Assembly (NCBI RefSeq): GCF_000143415.4
Contig: NW_003314408.1
Span: forward strand, 62,001-126,000
Source of the DNA: Selaginella moellendorffii
Lineage: Eukaryota > Plantae > Lycopodiophyta
Reading direction: 5' to 3'
Length of the DNA stretch: 64,000 nucleotides
Part shown: in pieces, positions 48,401 through 61,084 of the stretch
How positions within the stretch are numbered: position 1 is the first letter of the stretch
Layout: each line of letters starts with the position of its first letter
Made by a program: the position numbers and the translations under genes
Notes under the pieces: generated by a model
The model's input: only the letters and a program-made list of their open reading frames with translations
The model's database searches: none
What the model was told of the DNA's origin: nothing

Positions 48401-48817
48401 GAAGACGAGATTTTTGCAGCTGTAGAGACCGACCGGGAAGAGCTGCGTGAAGTTGTTGTCACTGAGCGACAGAGAAGCCAGGCCGGGGAGATTGCAAACC
48501 GTCGAGTCGAGCGCTCCGGATAAGTTTCGACTCTGGAGGTCCAAGCCTGTGACGGACCGAGAAATCGAATCGCAGGACACTCCGGACCAGGAACAATGCT
48601 CAAAGGAGGAAGAGCCATTCTGAGGGAGCTGCCAGTCGCCGAGGTGACCAAGCGGATCGGAAATGCTGGCCTTGAAGCTCAAGAGGATTTGCGGCTCGGA
48701 GGCAGCAGCGGTGGTGGCGGCGGTGGTCGCATTATTGACTTGCGGAAGAACAAAAGCGACGACGAGAAGCAGCAGCAACTTAGCAGCGTGCTTGTGGATT
48801 GCTGCTGTAGACAACAT
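45492..48817 (-). CDS. LRR receptor-like kinase, subfamily XI (HAESA/HSL-like), about 1010 aa
   Basis: Exons 48817-46132 and 45838-45492, with the intron at the conserved GYIAP|EY position. Signal peptide, CSWSGVSC cap, about 20 plant LRRs, GNPKLC cap, TM segment and an intact RD kinase (GSGGAGKVYK, HRDIKSNNILL, DFG). Confidence 0.93.
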
Positions 48818-51150
48818 GAGCTCTCTTTTGGAAGAGTTTGACCGAGGAGAAGGCCTTCTTATTTCATATTCCGGGCGAGCCTACCAAACAGCAGGTGGTT
48901 AACATGATCAAGGGGGGGAGGGGAGGACGGACTTTAATCCCCTCATCTGGCTCTGAAAGCAATGGACACTTAAAACGGAGGCAACAAGCTGTTTGTCTGC
49001 AGCTGCTGCTACGTCTGCCCAGCTCTGCTATCTATGCCATAACTACACTTCCCGCAACTCAACAGGTTTGAATTCCTCTCTTCCTTTCCTTTCTTTTTCC
49101 ATTGTGTTATATCCCGCCCTGGCTGAGGAGAGCTTTATGTTGCTGCAGGGGTTGCTGTCACCAAATTCCAGCAGTCGGCGCACGGCAATTCCCATCACAG
49201 TGAACAGATTGCTCTAGAGCGTGGGATGGCAAGCAAAGCGGAAGAAAGAAAAGAGAAAAATATGCAAGGATATAAATGTTGGAGCGAGGCCGTCGGTCAG
49301 GCAGGCCAGCGAGATTAGCGACACGGCTAACAAGACGAAGGGGAGGATGAACCGAACTTACAAATGCCAAAGCTTGATGCAACAAATGGCGAAGGAAAGA
49401 GATTGAAGGGATGGATGGATCATGGATGGACGGCAAGCGCACAGGAGCAGGAGCATTCAACTTGAGCTGCCAAAGATGTGACTCCTTCTGTCCGTAAGCC
49501 ATTTACATTTTACTCTATTCTTGGTGGTCACTCACTCGCTCTCTACTGCAGTCCTATTCAACTCCTCTCCATCGTCGTGACTCGCTATCGTCGCCCGTGG
49601 TTTCTGGTAAGTGGTGGGAATTAGCGGGACTGGAAACCATAGAAACCAAGGCATGGTTTCTTTCCGGGATTAGAGTGGATGGCATTACTAATATTCGTTT
49701 TCTTGTCTCTTCCTTCTTCCAGGGACGAGACGAAGCTCCTTCATTCAACGCTATATATTACGCTACAGTGCTTGGATGGCAGACAAGGAATTTGCCTTTA
49801 GCGATTTGGAAATGCTAAAGGCAATTCCAAATTGAATGATTCTCACCTCAACAATTCCAATCATGGTCCGGAGACATAGCTGTGTTGTTCTTTCCAGGCC
49901 GCAGTGTGTACACGGAGGGTTGGCGTTCCGGCCAGCCACTGCACCGAAACGCTCCGCCAATCGCAGTACGAGAGCCATATAAGATGTTCTACACTACAGG
50001 TACGAGATTGCTTTAGATCTGGTGTCTCCATGCAAGCTAACTCGGGATTTCTATACAAGAAACAAACACAGTGTTCTACGCTACAGGGACAAGATTGTTT
50101 TAAATGTGCTAGCTAACTTGTATTGGAAAACTAGATCGAAACACCGTGTTGCTGGGATCCATACACGAAAAGAAAGATGATAGACAGCCTACTAGCATCA
50201 CGATGGCCACGCCAACCCGAAAACAAATCCTCCCGCACAGATACGGTGGCATCACATTTTTCAGGTACTGTTTTAAAATGTTTTCTCTTGATCTCTTTCT
50301 TTCGTGATCAGCTAAAAAAATCGGTTTTTTTCTTGCTTGCTGGAGAATGGCAAAGCTCTTCTGGGGCCTTCGTAGCTTAGGGAGCTATCTACCAGTGGTG
50401 GTTATGCTGGTCTTTTCGTCACCAGCAGCATTTACGCTTCCATCTTGACAAGACAAGAGCGCAAGAACAAAAAGGAAAAAAAAATGGTAGACCTCGCAAG
50501 AACAGGGGCCTCCTGGCAAGAGACTTCGCACAGGCAGCCTTCCTTAAATGTATCGCTACGGTCGACCGCTGTGAAGTACGCCGGGATTTATCTTTCTCTC
50601 CTTGGGGACTCTGGTTTTGAGGAAGATTTCCACCGGCCTCAGGAACGAGTAAGAATCAACGTCCTGTTCTTTTCAGAGGCGAAAAATCTTTCCGGAGGCA
50701 AAAGGAGGCGCTTGGAAGTAAGTGGCTTTAAGTCGAGCGCCGTGGCGATGGTAGCCTTCTTTCTAAGCCGGAGTGGCAGGGACGCGTTTATGTTTCCTGC
50801 AAATCCAGGAGCTCGAGTGTTATGTATTTCCCGTGTGATTTACAAAGTTGTTAACGTTTTCCTTTCTTGTACGCTCTCGACCATAATCATCTTTGTAGGA
50901 CGATGAATCTCATTCTCCTAGACAACGCGAGACAAGGGAAATCCAGAGTTAAAAGCGACAGTCCACCGGCAAAAAGAGAACATCGAAGAATCTCTGGCGG
51001 AAACTTTGACCCTCCTTTGGAACGTTGCAATGTTGCGATAGAATTTTGGATCCGTCAAGAGTTCTTCCAATTGGAAGCGCTTGACCAAAGAACATATATG
51101 TATAACATATTCACAGATAAAACAAGGAGGCCTTACCAAAGTAGCGAACG

Positions 51151-54100
51151 TCACTCGCTCCAATCGTCTTCCTCGTCTTCACTGTCCGCGAGAGACTGCA
51201 AGAGATTAACCATGATTTGAGAACCTCTCCAGTGAAAACAAGAGCAAACCGTAGAAAGAGTACCTGTCTGATCGCGTTTGCTTTCTCCAGGATGGCAGCC
51301 ACGTTAATGTTTGTGACAAGACGCGGGGTCGTCTCCTTGATTTCCTTCTTCTCTACGATCGTGTGCCGGAGGTTGAAGGACTGTGAAACATGCAGACGAG
51401 CGACTTGTAGCTCAGCAAACAAACAACGAGATAGCAGAAGAAAAGAATAGAAAACAGAGAAAGTTCAAGTGCAATCATGTTTACCTGGGAACGGATTTGC
51501 TCCAGCAAAACTTCCCGTTCGTCAGGAGCTTTTGGCACACCCGGGACGTCCGACGGCACCCTCTTGAGCTGTGACATATAGCAAACCATCAGCATAGGTA
51601 CGACGCTTCCCGTGATTGCACGTTACCTTGGTCCTGTCATGCACGGAGATTGCTTGTATCAGAGCATCACCCGGCAAATCTTTCCTGGAGGGTGATGGCG
51701 CATCAGCTGGAAAAGTTTCTGGCTCCTCGTCCAGATTGCCTCGTGGTGGTGGGGGTGTCGGGCTGTCATCGACAGGACGAGATGGAGGTGACTTCAAAAC
51801 CTCTGGTGGATCCACCGACTGCTCTCCTACTGGATGTAGCACGAGTGCCTCTGGCGAGTCCTTTGACGCCGTGAACGACTCCGGGCTCTGTAATGGTATG
51901 GATACTTCTGTTCTTACAGGCGACTGAGGTTGAGTTTGAGCAGCTTGAACTGGCGAGGATGCGTCTGGGAACTCCTTTGTCGGGGACGGGCTACGAGGTG
52001 GCACGGACACTTCTCGCACGTCGTCTATAGTTCCTGGTGACGAAGGAGCTCGTGGAGATTCTTTAGCATCTGTAGGCCAGTGGGTTTGAGGTGGCACGGA
52101 TACTTCTTGCAAGTCGTCGATAGTTCCTGGCGACCAAGGAGCTTGTGGAGAATCTCTAGCAGCTGTAGGCGAGTGACTGAGAGGTGGCACGGACACTTCT
52201 CGCAAGTCGTCGATAGTTCCTGGCGAGTGGCTTTGAGGTGGCACAGACGCTTCCCGCAAGTCGTCTATAGTTCCTGGCGACCAAGGAGCTTGTGGAGAAT
52301 CTCTAGCAGCTGTAGGCGAGTGACTGAGAGGTGGCACGGACACTTCTCGCAAGTCGTCGATAGTTCCTGGCGAGTGGCTTTGAGGTGGCACAGACGCTTC
52401 CCGCAAGTCGTCAAAAGTTCTTGGTGACGAAGGAGCTTGTGGAGATTCGCTAGCATCTGTAGGCGAGTGACCTTGAGGTGGCAGCGATGATTCTGGCAGG
52501 CCGCGAGCTTCTGCCACAGGTCCTGGACCGGGGAGCTGTTCCGTGAGCGGTGAAGCGGGAGCGAACACCGAAACTTCCATAAGCGGTTGACTGTCGTCGA
52601 GATGTGACAAATCTTCTCTGGCTGATGCAATTGTAGGCACCTCATTGTCTTCGGCTGGAGGTGGCACCAAGGATTCGTGCACTGTTGCATCGGGACAAGT
52701 TTTGTCATCCGGATGAGACAAGCCAGTTGCTGCGAGCGACTGGCTGTCGTCAACGAGTAGCGCTGGAGGTACGTCAGCCACCGTCAACGGGACAGTCCTA
52801 GGAGATGTTTCTGGATCACTCGGCTCTTGCGATTCAGCCTCTTCCCGAAACTCATCCATTGTAGACACAGGAATGGCATCAGCTGGATCGTCGTTTGAAA
52901 TATTTTTGTTGGCCAAGCTTTGCGAGCTTGGATGTTGTTCCAAACTGTCCACGTCGATTGACCGTGACAAGAAGCTGGAAGGTTGTGAAGGTGGCTCCGG
53001 ATCCGGCAAGTGTAAATCTGGAAGTGGCTTGTCGACTAACGTTTCTGGCTGTGAGGAAATCCTGTCGATGGTATCCTCCAGTGGCTGAGGCTCCGGCGAG
53101 TCTACAGCTTGGAATGGAGAAGTCTCTGACGCCACCAATACTTGTGGAGGAGGCTCATGCGCTGAAGCGAGATGATCACCAGCGCCAACTTCCAAGCTTG
53201 GAGGCTCGCGTTGGAATAGTCCGCTGTCCCTTGGCATGAACAACGAAGTCCGCCACCTTAGTGGAGGCAGTGGAGGTAGCGGTGGCATTTCTTCCGGCAT
53301 TGGAGACGGCATCGACTGGGACGTTGGAGAACTCGGCGCCAGTATCGTTGCAACTTCGCTTTCAAGGCTGTCTGCCGATTTAGCGGGTGACAGGACGCCG
53401 AAAACTGGAGACCTTGGGGAGGAGCTCAAAGATTCCTCCGACTTGTCAGACGTGTTGTCTTCCGCTGCCCATATAGCATCACCATCGCTCTTTGAGGTGT
53501 CAAAAGCTTGCAACTTCGGAGAGGCTTGTTGACTTGTGGGACGTTCGATTTCCTCCAGCTGACGACTGCTGGAAATAGTGCTTTCAGCGTGTTGTTGATG
53601 CTCTTCCACGTCTTGCTTATCCATTTGGCGATCGAGATCCACCTCGTTGTCGTCATCGGAGTCCACCTTATGATTGCCGATTTCGTTTCCTTGCGCTTTA
53701 CTATCCGAGGGAAGACTGTGTACCAGTTCGTCCTCGTGTTGTTGCGCACTTAAATCGTGAAGTCGAGATAAAAGCTGCTGGTTTACGTCCACCGTGGAAC
53801 CTTCACGTTCATCTGACTCTTTCCCATCTTTGCTGAGATCTCTTTCTGCCTCGTTCTGTTGTTGAATTTCCAGCTTTCCATCTCCACTTGGAGCAGTAGA
53901 CCCCGCAGGTGTCCAATGTAGTTCCGATGCTGCTTCTGAATGACCATTTCTCATTGAGTCGTCATCTGCCGAGTACCCATCGTGCATGGAGTAAAGTTCC
54001 TCGACCTCCAATTCATTATTGGGGGTGTTGTTCTCGTCGGAAAACGCACTGAACCTGGATGAGATTTCCTCGCTGAAAAAGTTTTCCTGGCTGCTTGCAG

Positions 54101-56680
54101 ACTCGAAAACATCCATGGGACTGCTCGCTTGCAAGCTTTCGTTTCGTTCAAGGGCGGGAGCTGCTTTTGTTTGAACGTTTTCCAAACCGATGATATGCTG
54201 CTCAGGTTCATCCTCTTGGATAGCATTACTATCACGACTGTGCCCTGAAACCGCCTGCTCTGCCACCTCTGTCGCACGGTAAACCTCGGCTGATTCCTCT
54301 CTCGAAATTTCAGCTTCTCTAACCAGAAAACTAGCTGATTCTTCCCGAGTCACTGTTTCAGTCTGGCGCGGAGCATCAGAAGTATCAGCAATTTCATGAA
54401 CGTTGGCTTTGGTTTCAGATAGACGTTCTTCATGATCGTCTGCTTCGTCTTCTCTTTTCTCGTTGTCTTCAATGGTTCCCTCGTCATCAGATGCAAGCAA
54501 TGGCTCGAATTCAACTTCCTTCTTTGTGTCCCCATTATCTCCAATGACTTGAATAACTTCGACATCGAACGGTTCCTCGTCTTCCAGCTCCGAGGTAATC
54601 TTCTGCTCTTCAGTTTCTTCAGCCTTCTGCTTGTCCACTTCTGCGTCAGAAATTTCTGTGGACTCGAGAGCAGCTCCTTCGTCGTCAGGGCTCTCTTCGA
54701 TGTAGTCCTTGTCCGATGCCAAAGCTGCTTCATCCACTATATCATCACGTTCATTCACGTCTCTTTCGTTGCTGGTACGAGATGCCGCTTTCGCCGGTGA
54801 GGTTGCTCTGTTTACATCTTCGACAACGCCAGAGCTATCCTGATGAAGCTCAAGTAGCTTCTTTTCTTCATTTTCCAATTCCAAGACGTCGTTCATATAT
54901 GTGGTTCTTGATTCAACTTCAAAATCCTCCTCCTCTGGATATTCCAGCCTGTTCTCATCCTCAGGTGGCAGATCTTTCTCTGGATACTCCCCTTCATCGT
55001 CCGTCAAATCTCTGTCTTCATATTCCAGCCTCAAGTCTTCAGAAATGTTTGGATGGTCGGGTACTTCATCTGGCCTATCAACATCCACCTTCGCATCGTT
55101 TTCTACGTTCATTACTTCGTAACTTAGTTGAACGTTCTCGTGATGAACAGGAGATCGAGGCTCTACTGAAATCGGTGTTAAGTCGAGGCTGTACTTGGAC
55201 TCAGCTTCTGTCTCTGAATCGATTGCCAAGTTTCTAGCATCTTCGAAAGGAGCGTCTTCGTCATTCTCTGCCTTCTTAGTTCTCACCACCTTGGATTGTC
55301 TAAAATTTGAAAGCCTCCGCTTCTCTCTTGGTTCAGAATCTGTCTCGGATTCCATGGTCGTCATGGCATCCAAAAATTGCTCTGTGTCACTTGCAGCATC
55401 ATCGACTTTTTCTTCCTTCCTCGTCGCAGTATCTCCCTCTATTGTCTTGCTGCTGCTCTCTTTAAAGATCCGATCTTCTTCCTCTTTATCCGCCGCAGCC
55501 ACAGGCTTTGATACTGATTTTCTTACTGACATGGGGGACTTGCCGCTTAGGCTGACTGTGCTTTCCTTCGAGCTCTGCTGTGATCCGCCCAGAAAAGTGA
55601 CAAATGGAAACGGCTTGCTGGATGGGTCGCTCTCTACGGCCATGTTCGTCAAGGGAGTGGTGGCGCTTTCAGATAGGCCATCGACACTAGAGACGCTTAT
55701 AGTTGAGTATCGCGCCCTGTTAAATACCATGTTAAAATTCTCATAGATCGAAGATGAAGGCGAGATACCTCGGGTGCTGAAACTGGACAGGGGGAGGCCT
55801 CGAGTCTTTTACCTCCCCTTCCTTCCGACGTCGAGGTTTCTTCACATGCAAACGCAAAAATGTTTCAAAACTTCGAGATTTCCATAAAATACTTACTTTG
55901 CTTCTTCGAGCTTTTTTGTCTTGTTGTGCCTTCTCCGCTTTCATAATTTCGGAGCTCGCCCATTCCATCTTAAAAAACGATGGATCCGTGTACCGCTTCA
56001 GGCAAGCTCCAACACCACCGACATCAAACCTGGAAGACGAAGAAGAGATCGTGCGTCAAATTCTAACTTATACCGAGTCACGAAGTCTAGATCTGATTTG
56101 CATACTTGTCCAAGAGAAAAAGCCTCGGAGGACCCCGACATTCCTCGTAAGAACTCCTGATAAAGCGAGGCAAGTCGCCTTGCGTGCAAAGGTTTTGATC
56201 GTTTCGAATGCTTGCATGCCAGTCAAGACCTGCCAATCCAATCCAGTTTCCACCTTTCGAGCTATAGAAAACAAAAGGAGAGAACTCGGGAGTACCTGGA
56301 GCGTAAGGAAACTGGAGAGGATTCGTCTTTCTAGATAGTATAGCCTTCTCCAACGCAGGCAATTCTCCTTCCAGCTGACTAACACGCACGACGAGGTCAT
56401 GGCTCCTGGAAGCAGTCGTCATGACGGCTTCATGGAGCTCGTGGAACACATCCGCCGCAAACCTGGAGAGAAAATTCACAAAAAAAGTGGTCAGTCCGAG
56501 AAGAGCCGAGAGAAAGAACTCTTACTCTGCTAGATCTCCAAGTTGCCTCACAATGCCGACGAGGCTGACCATGGAGACGCCCTCGAGGATCGCCTCCGGG
56601 TCATTTTTCGGTGCCGACCTGTAGAGCTCTCGATTGGCGAGCTCATACTCACTACGGAGCTCATATCTCACTAGCGGCAT
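51151..56680 (-). CDS. SCAR: SCAR/WAVE family Arp2/3 activator, multi-exon
   Basis: N-terminus [82 protein letters not shown] (SCAR homology domain). [14 protein letters not shown]2 [27 protein letters not shown] and acidic end [11 protein letters not shown]. Confidence 0.93.
52000..52480 (-). repeat. Coding tandem repeat in SCAR (147-bp/49-aa unit with shorter sub-units)
   Basis: [49 protein letters not shown] occurs twice almost exactly (offset 52141 vs 52288), with degenerate flanking copies. Confidence 0.9.
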
Positions 56681-57473
56681 CGTCTACACCAGCAGCAGCC
56701 TCATCAAGATCTATCCCACCGAAATTTCCACCTGAAAGATTCCAATGCGCTGCCGCGCTGCCGCTCACTGGCCAATTCTCGCCAGCTCCAATGCAGCGCT
56801 CGCTGTCGCCGACCAGAGTCAGCACCCGTGACGAAAACCTGCACGGACTAGGGCCACTGGAGCGGGCAAAGACGAATTACCGGAAGAGCGCGGCCTGGAA
56901 TCCACATTTTTCCGCAGCGATCCGGCGAATTGAGGCAGCCGCGGTCGAAATCCATGATCTCTCCAGCGCCTTCTTGAGAGATCGCGCAAGAACTGACGTT
57001 CCATGGCGAGAGAAAGACAGAGAGAGATGACACACAGCTGGAGTTAGCTGAAAACCCCCCCACAGTAGGAAGACGGGACGGAATATCCCACGCATGCCGC
57101 TAGCAGCCCTAGAATCGACGGCGCAGCGTCGCTGATCGTACGTCAGTCGCGTCAGCTTTTACAAAACAAAACCGCAGAGAATATTCCAAACGTACCAGGA
57201 AAACTTAGTACGGAGGAGACTATGATCAAGAACATACACTATTGCCTCGATGGCGACTACCACTGTATGATTGCCAGTCACTAAAAAAATTATACAATAC
57301 AACCTTGCGAGCGTTCGAAGAAAAAATCTCTCTAGCCATGCGAGTAGGATTGTGACGTCCATCGGTTGGTTTTATAGCCAAAGAGAGTTTAGAGATCGAT
57401 CTTTCCTTCCAGCACAGTGTGTTCTTCGCTTAGAAATCGATCAATCTTTTGGAAGAAAACTCCGGCTCCCGGC

Positions 57474-58703
57474 TTACGATCCAAACGAGCTCCTCCGGAC
57501 GAGCAAGCAAGTCATGGTTGTGGAGTGTCCCACGACCCCGGAGAGCGTGCACAGCACGTAGTCGGGCTTGTGGAACGTCAAGTTGAGCTGATCGTCGCAA
57601 AGCCGGAGATTCGACGCGTCGAGCAAGACGTGCCAGGAGTTCCTCTGCGCTTCCGAGACCCAGTGGAGCGAGTTCCTGGTGCCACCATTCTCCGCCGCCG
57701 GGAACGCGAACAATCCCTTCAAGTTTGGGCTCTGCTGCTTGCTCTTCCTCCGGAAGTTTTGGCTGAGCTGCGAGCCGGCTATCCTGAGGTTGAGCCAGTT
57801 CGATGGAGCGACGATCACCTTGGCCTCCTTGTACGATGCAAACTCTCGGATCCAGTCCACCTCCTCGCTCAGCACCGTCATGAAGTTCATGTAGCGGCAA
57901 AACGGATAGCTCTCCCCGACCATCATCATGGATTCCTTGAGGCTGGATGTGAAAACCACCAGGTAGTCCTCGTCCGTGACCCCGAGATGCCTGAGCAGCG
58001 TGTTCCTGGCGTGGATCTCCGGGATGGAGCTCAGGCTGTCGGTGTAAGTGGCGATGGAGGTGGCCTTTTGAGTGAGGATGTCTAGCAGCCGCGATTGCTC
58101 CAGAGGCATTTTTTTCACTCCCCATTCTTTTGCCTGGCCGGCGGAGGGAGATTTCCTCTTGAACTCGTCCGGGCCTGCTGCTCCTGGAGTGTTTCTGCCG
58201 TTCTCGTCAATGTACTCCTGATCTTCTGTCAAGACTGGGAGATTTCTGGCGTCCCCGGCTTTCGCGAAAAACTCTGGATACCGGGCCTTTACATATTGCT
58301 CCACGTATTGCATCTCCGTGGGAGTGATCGGACTTGACCACCTTAGATCCAGCCCGTGGAGAGAAGACATGGCTTCGGCGACCATGTAAGGTGGAATAAC
58401 AAGCTGTAAAGGTTCAAAGAGTGAGAAAGAATTAAAAATTCCTCACTAGAACAAGAAAGATAGAAATGTCAACCAAGCAACTCAAGCACGAGAAATAAAG
58501 GCGGAAAAAGCACAGCATTGTCACTTGTCAAGTCACGAAGAACAAGAAACAATGATGGAATCGTGCGAAAAAGAAGCAAATCCACCATACAAATGCCCAA
58601 GCTGGGATTTTCTTCCAAGCACGAGAAGGAAAGCAAAGAAAATGGTCTCTAGATTTGCAAAATCGCTTACCTTGGGTTCTCCATCGCCCCCGCTTGTGGA
58701 CAT
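57474..58703 (-). CDS. PLP-dependent transferase superfamily (aminotransferase class V / Moco-sulfurase-like) plant protein
   Basis: Exon 1 58703-58671 (MSTSGGDGEPK), exon 2 58403-57474. Motifs DYLVVFT...MMVGESYPF, GLFAFPA..NGGTR.SLHWVSEAQRNSWHVLLDAS, KPDYVLC. Confidence 0.8.
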
Positions 58704-59030
58704 TTCCCAACCCTAGGCCGCAAACACTGTTGCTGGAAATTTTGCCCAGTTTTCTCGCCTCGATCGCGCTTGATGGCGCTCAATCCACCGATTCTAGCTA
58801 CCTCAGACACCGATCCCGCAAGAAAATCGAGATATCTCCGCGATGGGATCTCTCTCTCGCGCTTCCAAGCCGCCAGGCCGCCTTGGCGCTGCCCAGATGA
58901 AGACAATGCCCGGAACACGTGGCACCTAGTCATCCTTAAAGGAGAATCTTTTGTGCCGCGTGGCATCCACCTGTCCCTACGCGGCAAATTTTATTTTAAA
59001 CCGACGGCGGCATCTCAACCGTCGATCTTT

Positions 59031-60646
59031 CTATCTTAGACCGTTGATTCTCACGGCCTCCACGAACGCTTCCAGGTTCTTGTGGGAGCTCCCGCCCTCC
59101 ATCACACACCGTCGTGCCGCCTCGCGGAGCTCCCTCGCCCTAATTCGCAGCTCCATGCCGTCCTCGCCGGTCATGAATCGTGTCACGACGCGCTCGATCT
59201 CTTCTCGCCCCACGATTGCATCGCCATCGCCATCGTCATCGCCGCGCCGCTGGAGCTTGCATCCCACGCCCCAGTCCTTCACAGCGCGCTTGCAATTTAG
59301 GTTTTGCTCCGCGATGCAAGGTAGCCCGATGATCGGCACGCCCATGGCGATGCTCTCGATCGTCGAATTCCAGCCGCAGTGGGACAGGAATCCGCCCACC
59401 GAGGGGTGGAAGAGCACCTGGAGCTGGGGCGCCCACTGCACGACGAGCCCTAGCTGTCGAGTCCTCTCCACGAAGCCCTCCAGATCGAAGCTCCCGAGAT
59501 GGCTGCCGGGCCGGATCACCCACAGGAATGGCTGCCGGCTCGATTCGATCCCCGCGGCCAGCTCCAGCATCTCGGCGGAGCTCATCACCGCCAAGCTCCC
59601 GAAGGAGACGTAGAGGACTGACGAGGGGGATTGCTTGTCCAGCCAATTCACGCAGCGCTCGTCCTCGATCCACAGCCCATTCCCAGACCCCAGATCGTCG
59701 CCGCCCAGCCCCAGGAACGCCGATGGAAGCAGAGGACCCACTGGCGAGAAATTCCTCCTCTTCTTCTTCGCAGCGCTGGTGGGATCATCGTTGATCGCTT
59801 GCTGGATCGCGTCCAGCGCATCGGGCTCCAGATCCTGGAAGGTGTTGCCGAGGATCCAGTACGCATCGCAGAGCCGCCGCGTCCTCGCGTAGCGCTTCTC
59901 AAACCCTGGATCGTGTGAACTGTAGCGCTGGAGAATAGACGGTAGGTCCTTGGGATGGAGCGGCGCTACGCCGTCGATAAAGGCGATCGTGTGGCTGTCA
60001 TCGTCCAGCACCGACGCATCTGTCAAGAACAGAGCACAGCACACGGTCGATCGAATCCGACCAAATTCTCGCGAATCTCACCTCGAATTGGAGCGTACCC
60101 TCGCGTGCGGAGCTCCAGGAGATGGAAATTGAGCAGGCAGTACTCGGTGGACGACGCCCAGAGCGCCGCTCGCGGTATCCCAAATCGATCCGCGACGTCC
60201 TGGCTCCACCCCAGGAACGCATCCGAGAGGATGCAATCCACTCCCCGGCCGCGATCCAGCAGGCCCTGTAGCAGCGCCACGAACGGCCGCTCCATGGCGT
60301 CCGCCGCGACGAGCGATCGCTGGAGGGCGTCGTCGCCGCCGGCGCCAGCGCCCCCCTGGTGGGCGGATGGATCCTCCTCGTCGTCGGCCAGCGCGAGCAT
60401 GGCGATGTCGAGCCCCTGCTCGAGCGCGGCGCCGCGCGATCGAGCGAGGCGGTCGTGGTTGGTCTGGGTGTTGACGAGCGAGATGGAGAGGCCCAGCGAT
60501 GCCAAGCGCTTGCAGAGATGGATCATGGGATTGATGTGGCCCTGCATTGGGTACGCGAGCGCCACGACGTGAGGCTTTCGCGATGGATCCTTTGCTCCTC
60601 GCGCGCCGCCGCCATCGTCTTCCTCCTCGCGAAGGATCGTCTCCAT
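59031..60646 (-). CDS. UDP-glycosyltransferase (GT1, UGT85-like), about 517 aa
   Basis: Exons 60646-60082 and 60019-59031. PHVVALAYPMQGHINPM, and PSPG box WAPQLQVLFHPSVGGFLSHCGWNSTIESIAMGVPIIGLPCIAEQ. Confidence 0.93.
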
Positions 60647-61084
60647 TTCTCTGCCTGCGCGAGACAATCACCTGCTTGCGCCGCGACCCAAGTTATCGAT
60701 TGCTGCCCCGGAGCGACCCATCTCCTCGGATTGCGCGAATTCGATCGTCCCCCCGCCGCGTTCCCTCCCGGGCGAGATCACAACAAGGAGCAGGGGTGAA
60801 AGTGGCACGCAGTAAACGCAAATGTGGAGGTGGCAGCCAGAGAGAGTACTTGGGAATCTGGGAATTATTCCAAACACATGAGTGGTCAAATGGATACACT
60901 TCCACGTTGCATTCGATTGATTGCAATATTCCAAAACTTCTTCTGTTTGGAAGTTAGAAAAAGAAACCAAAAATAACAAAAACCAAGAGAAAAAACACAA
61001 AGAGATCATAGAATGACCATCTTGATCTTGAGTTTTCCAACGAGCTTACACCAAAACAATCCATCCACAAACGATACAAACTCT

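Noticed and set aside
46182-48651. Long antisense and alternate-frame ORFs over the LRR-RLK (similar ones over SCAR, the UGT and the CBE1-like gene)
   Set aside because: Shadow ORFs of GC-rich coding sequence with no recognisable motifs.
57139-57157. Two TGACG motifs upstream of SCAR (as-1-like)
   Set aside because: Spacing differs from canonical as-1, and such short motifs are expected by chance.
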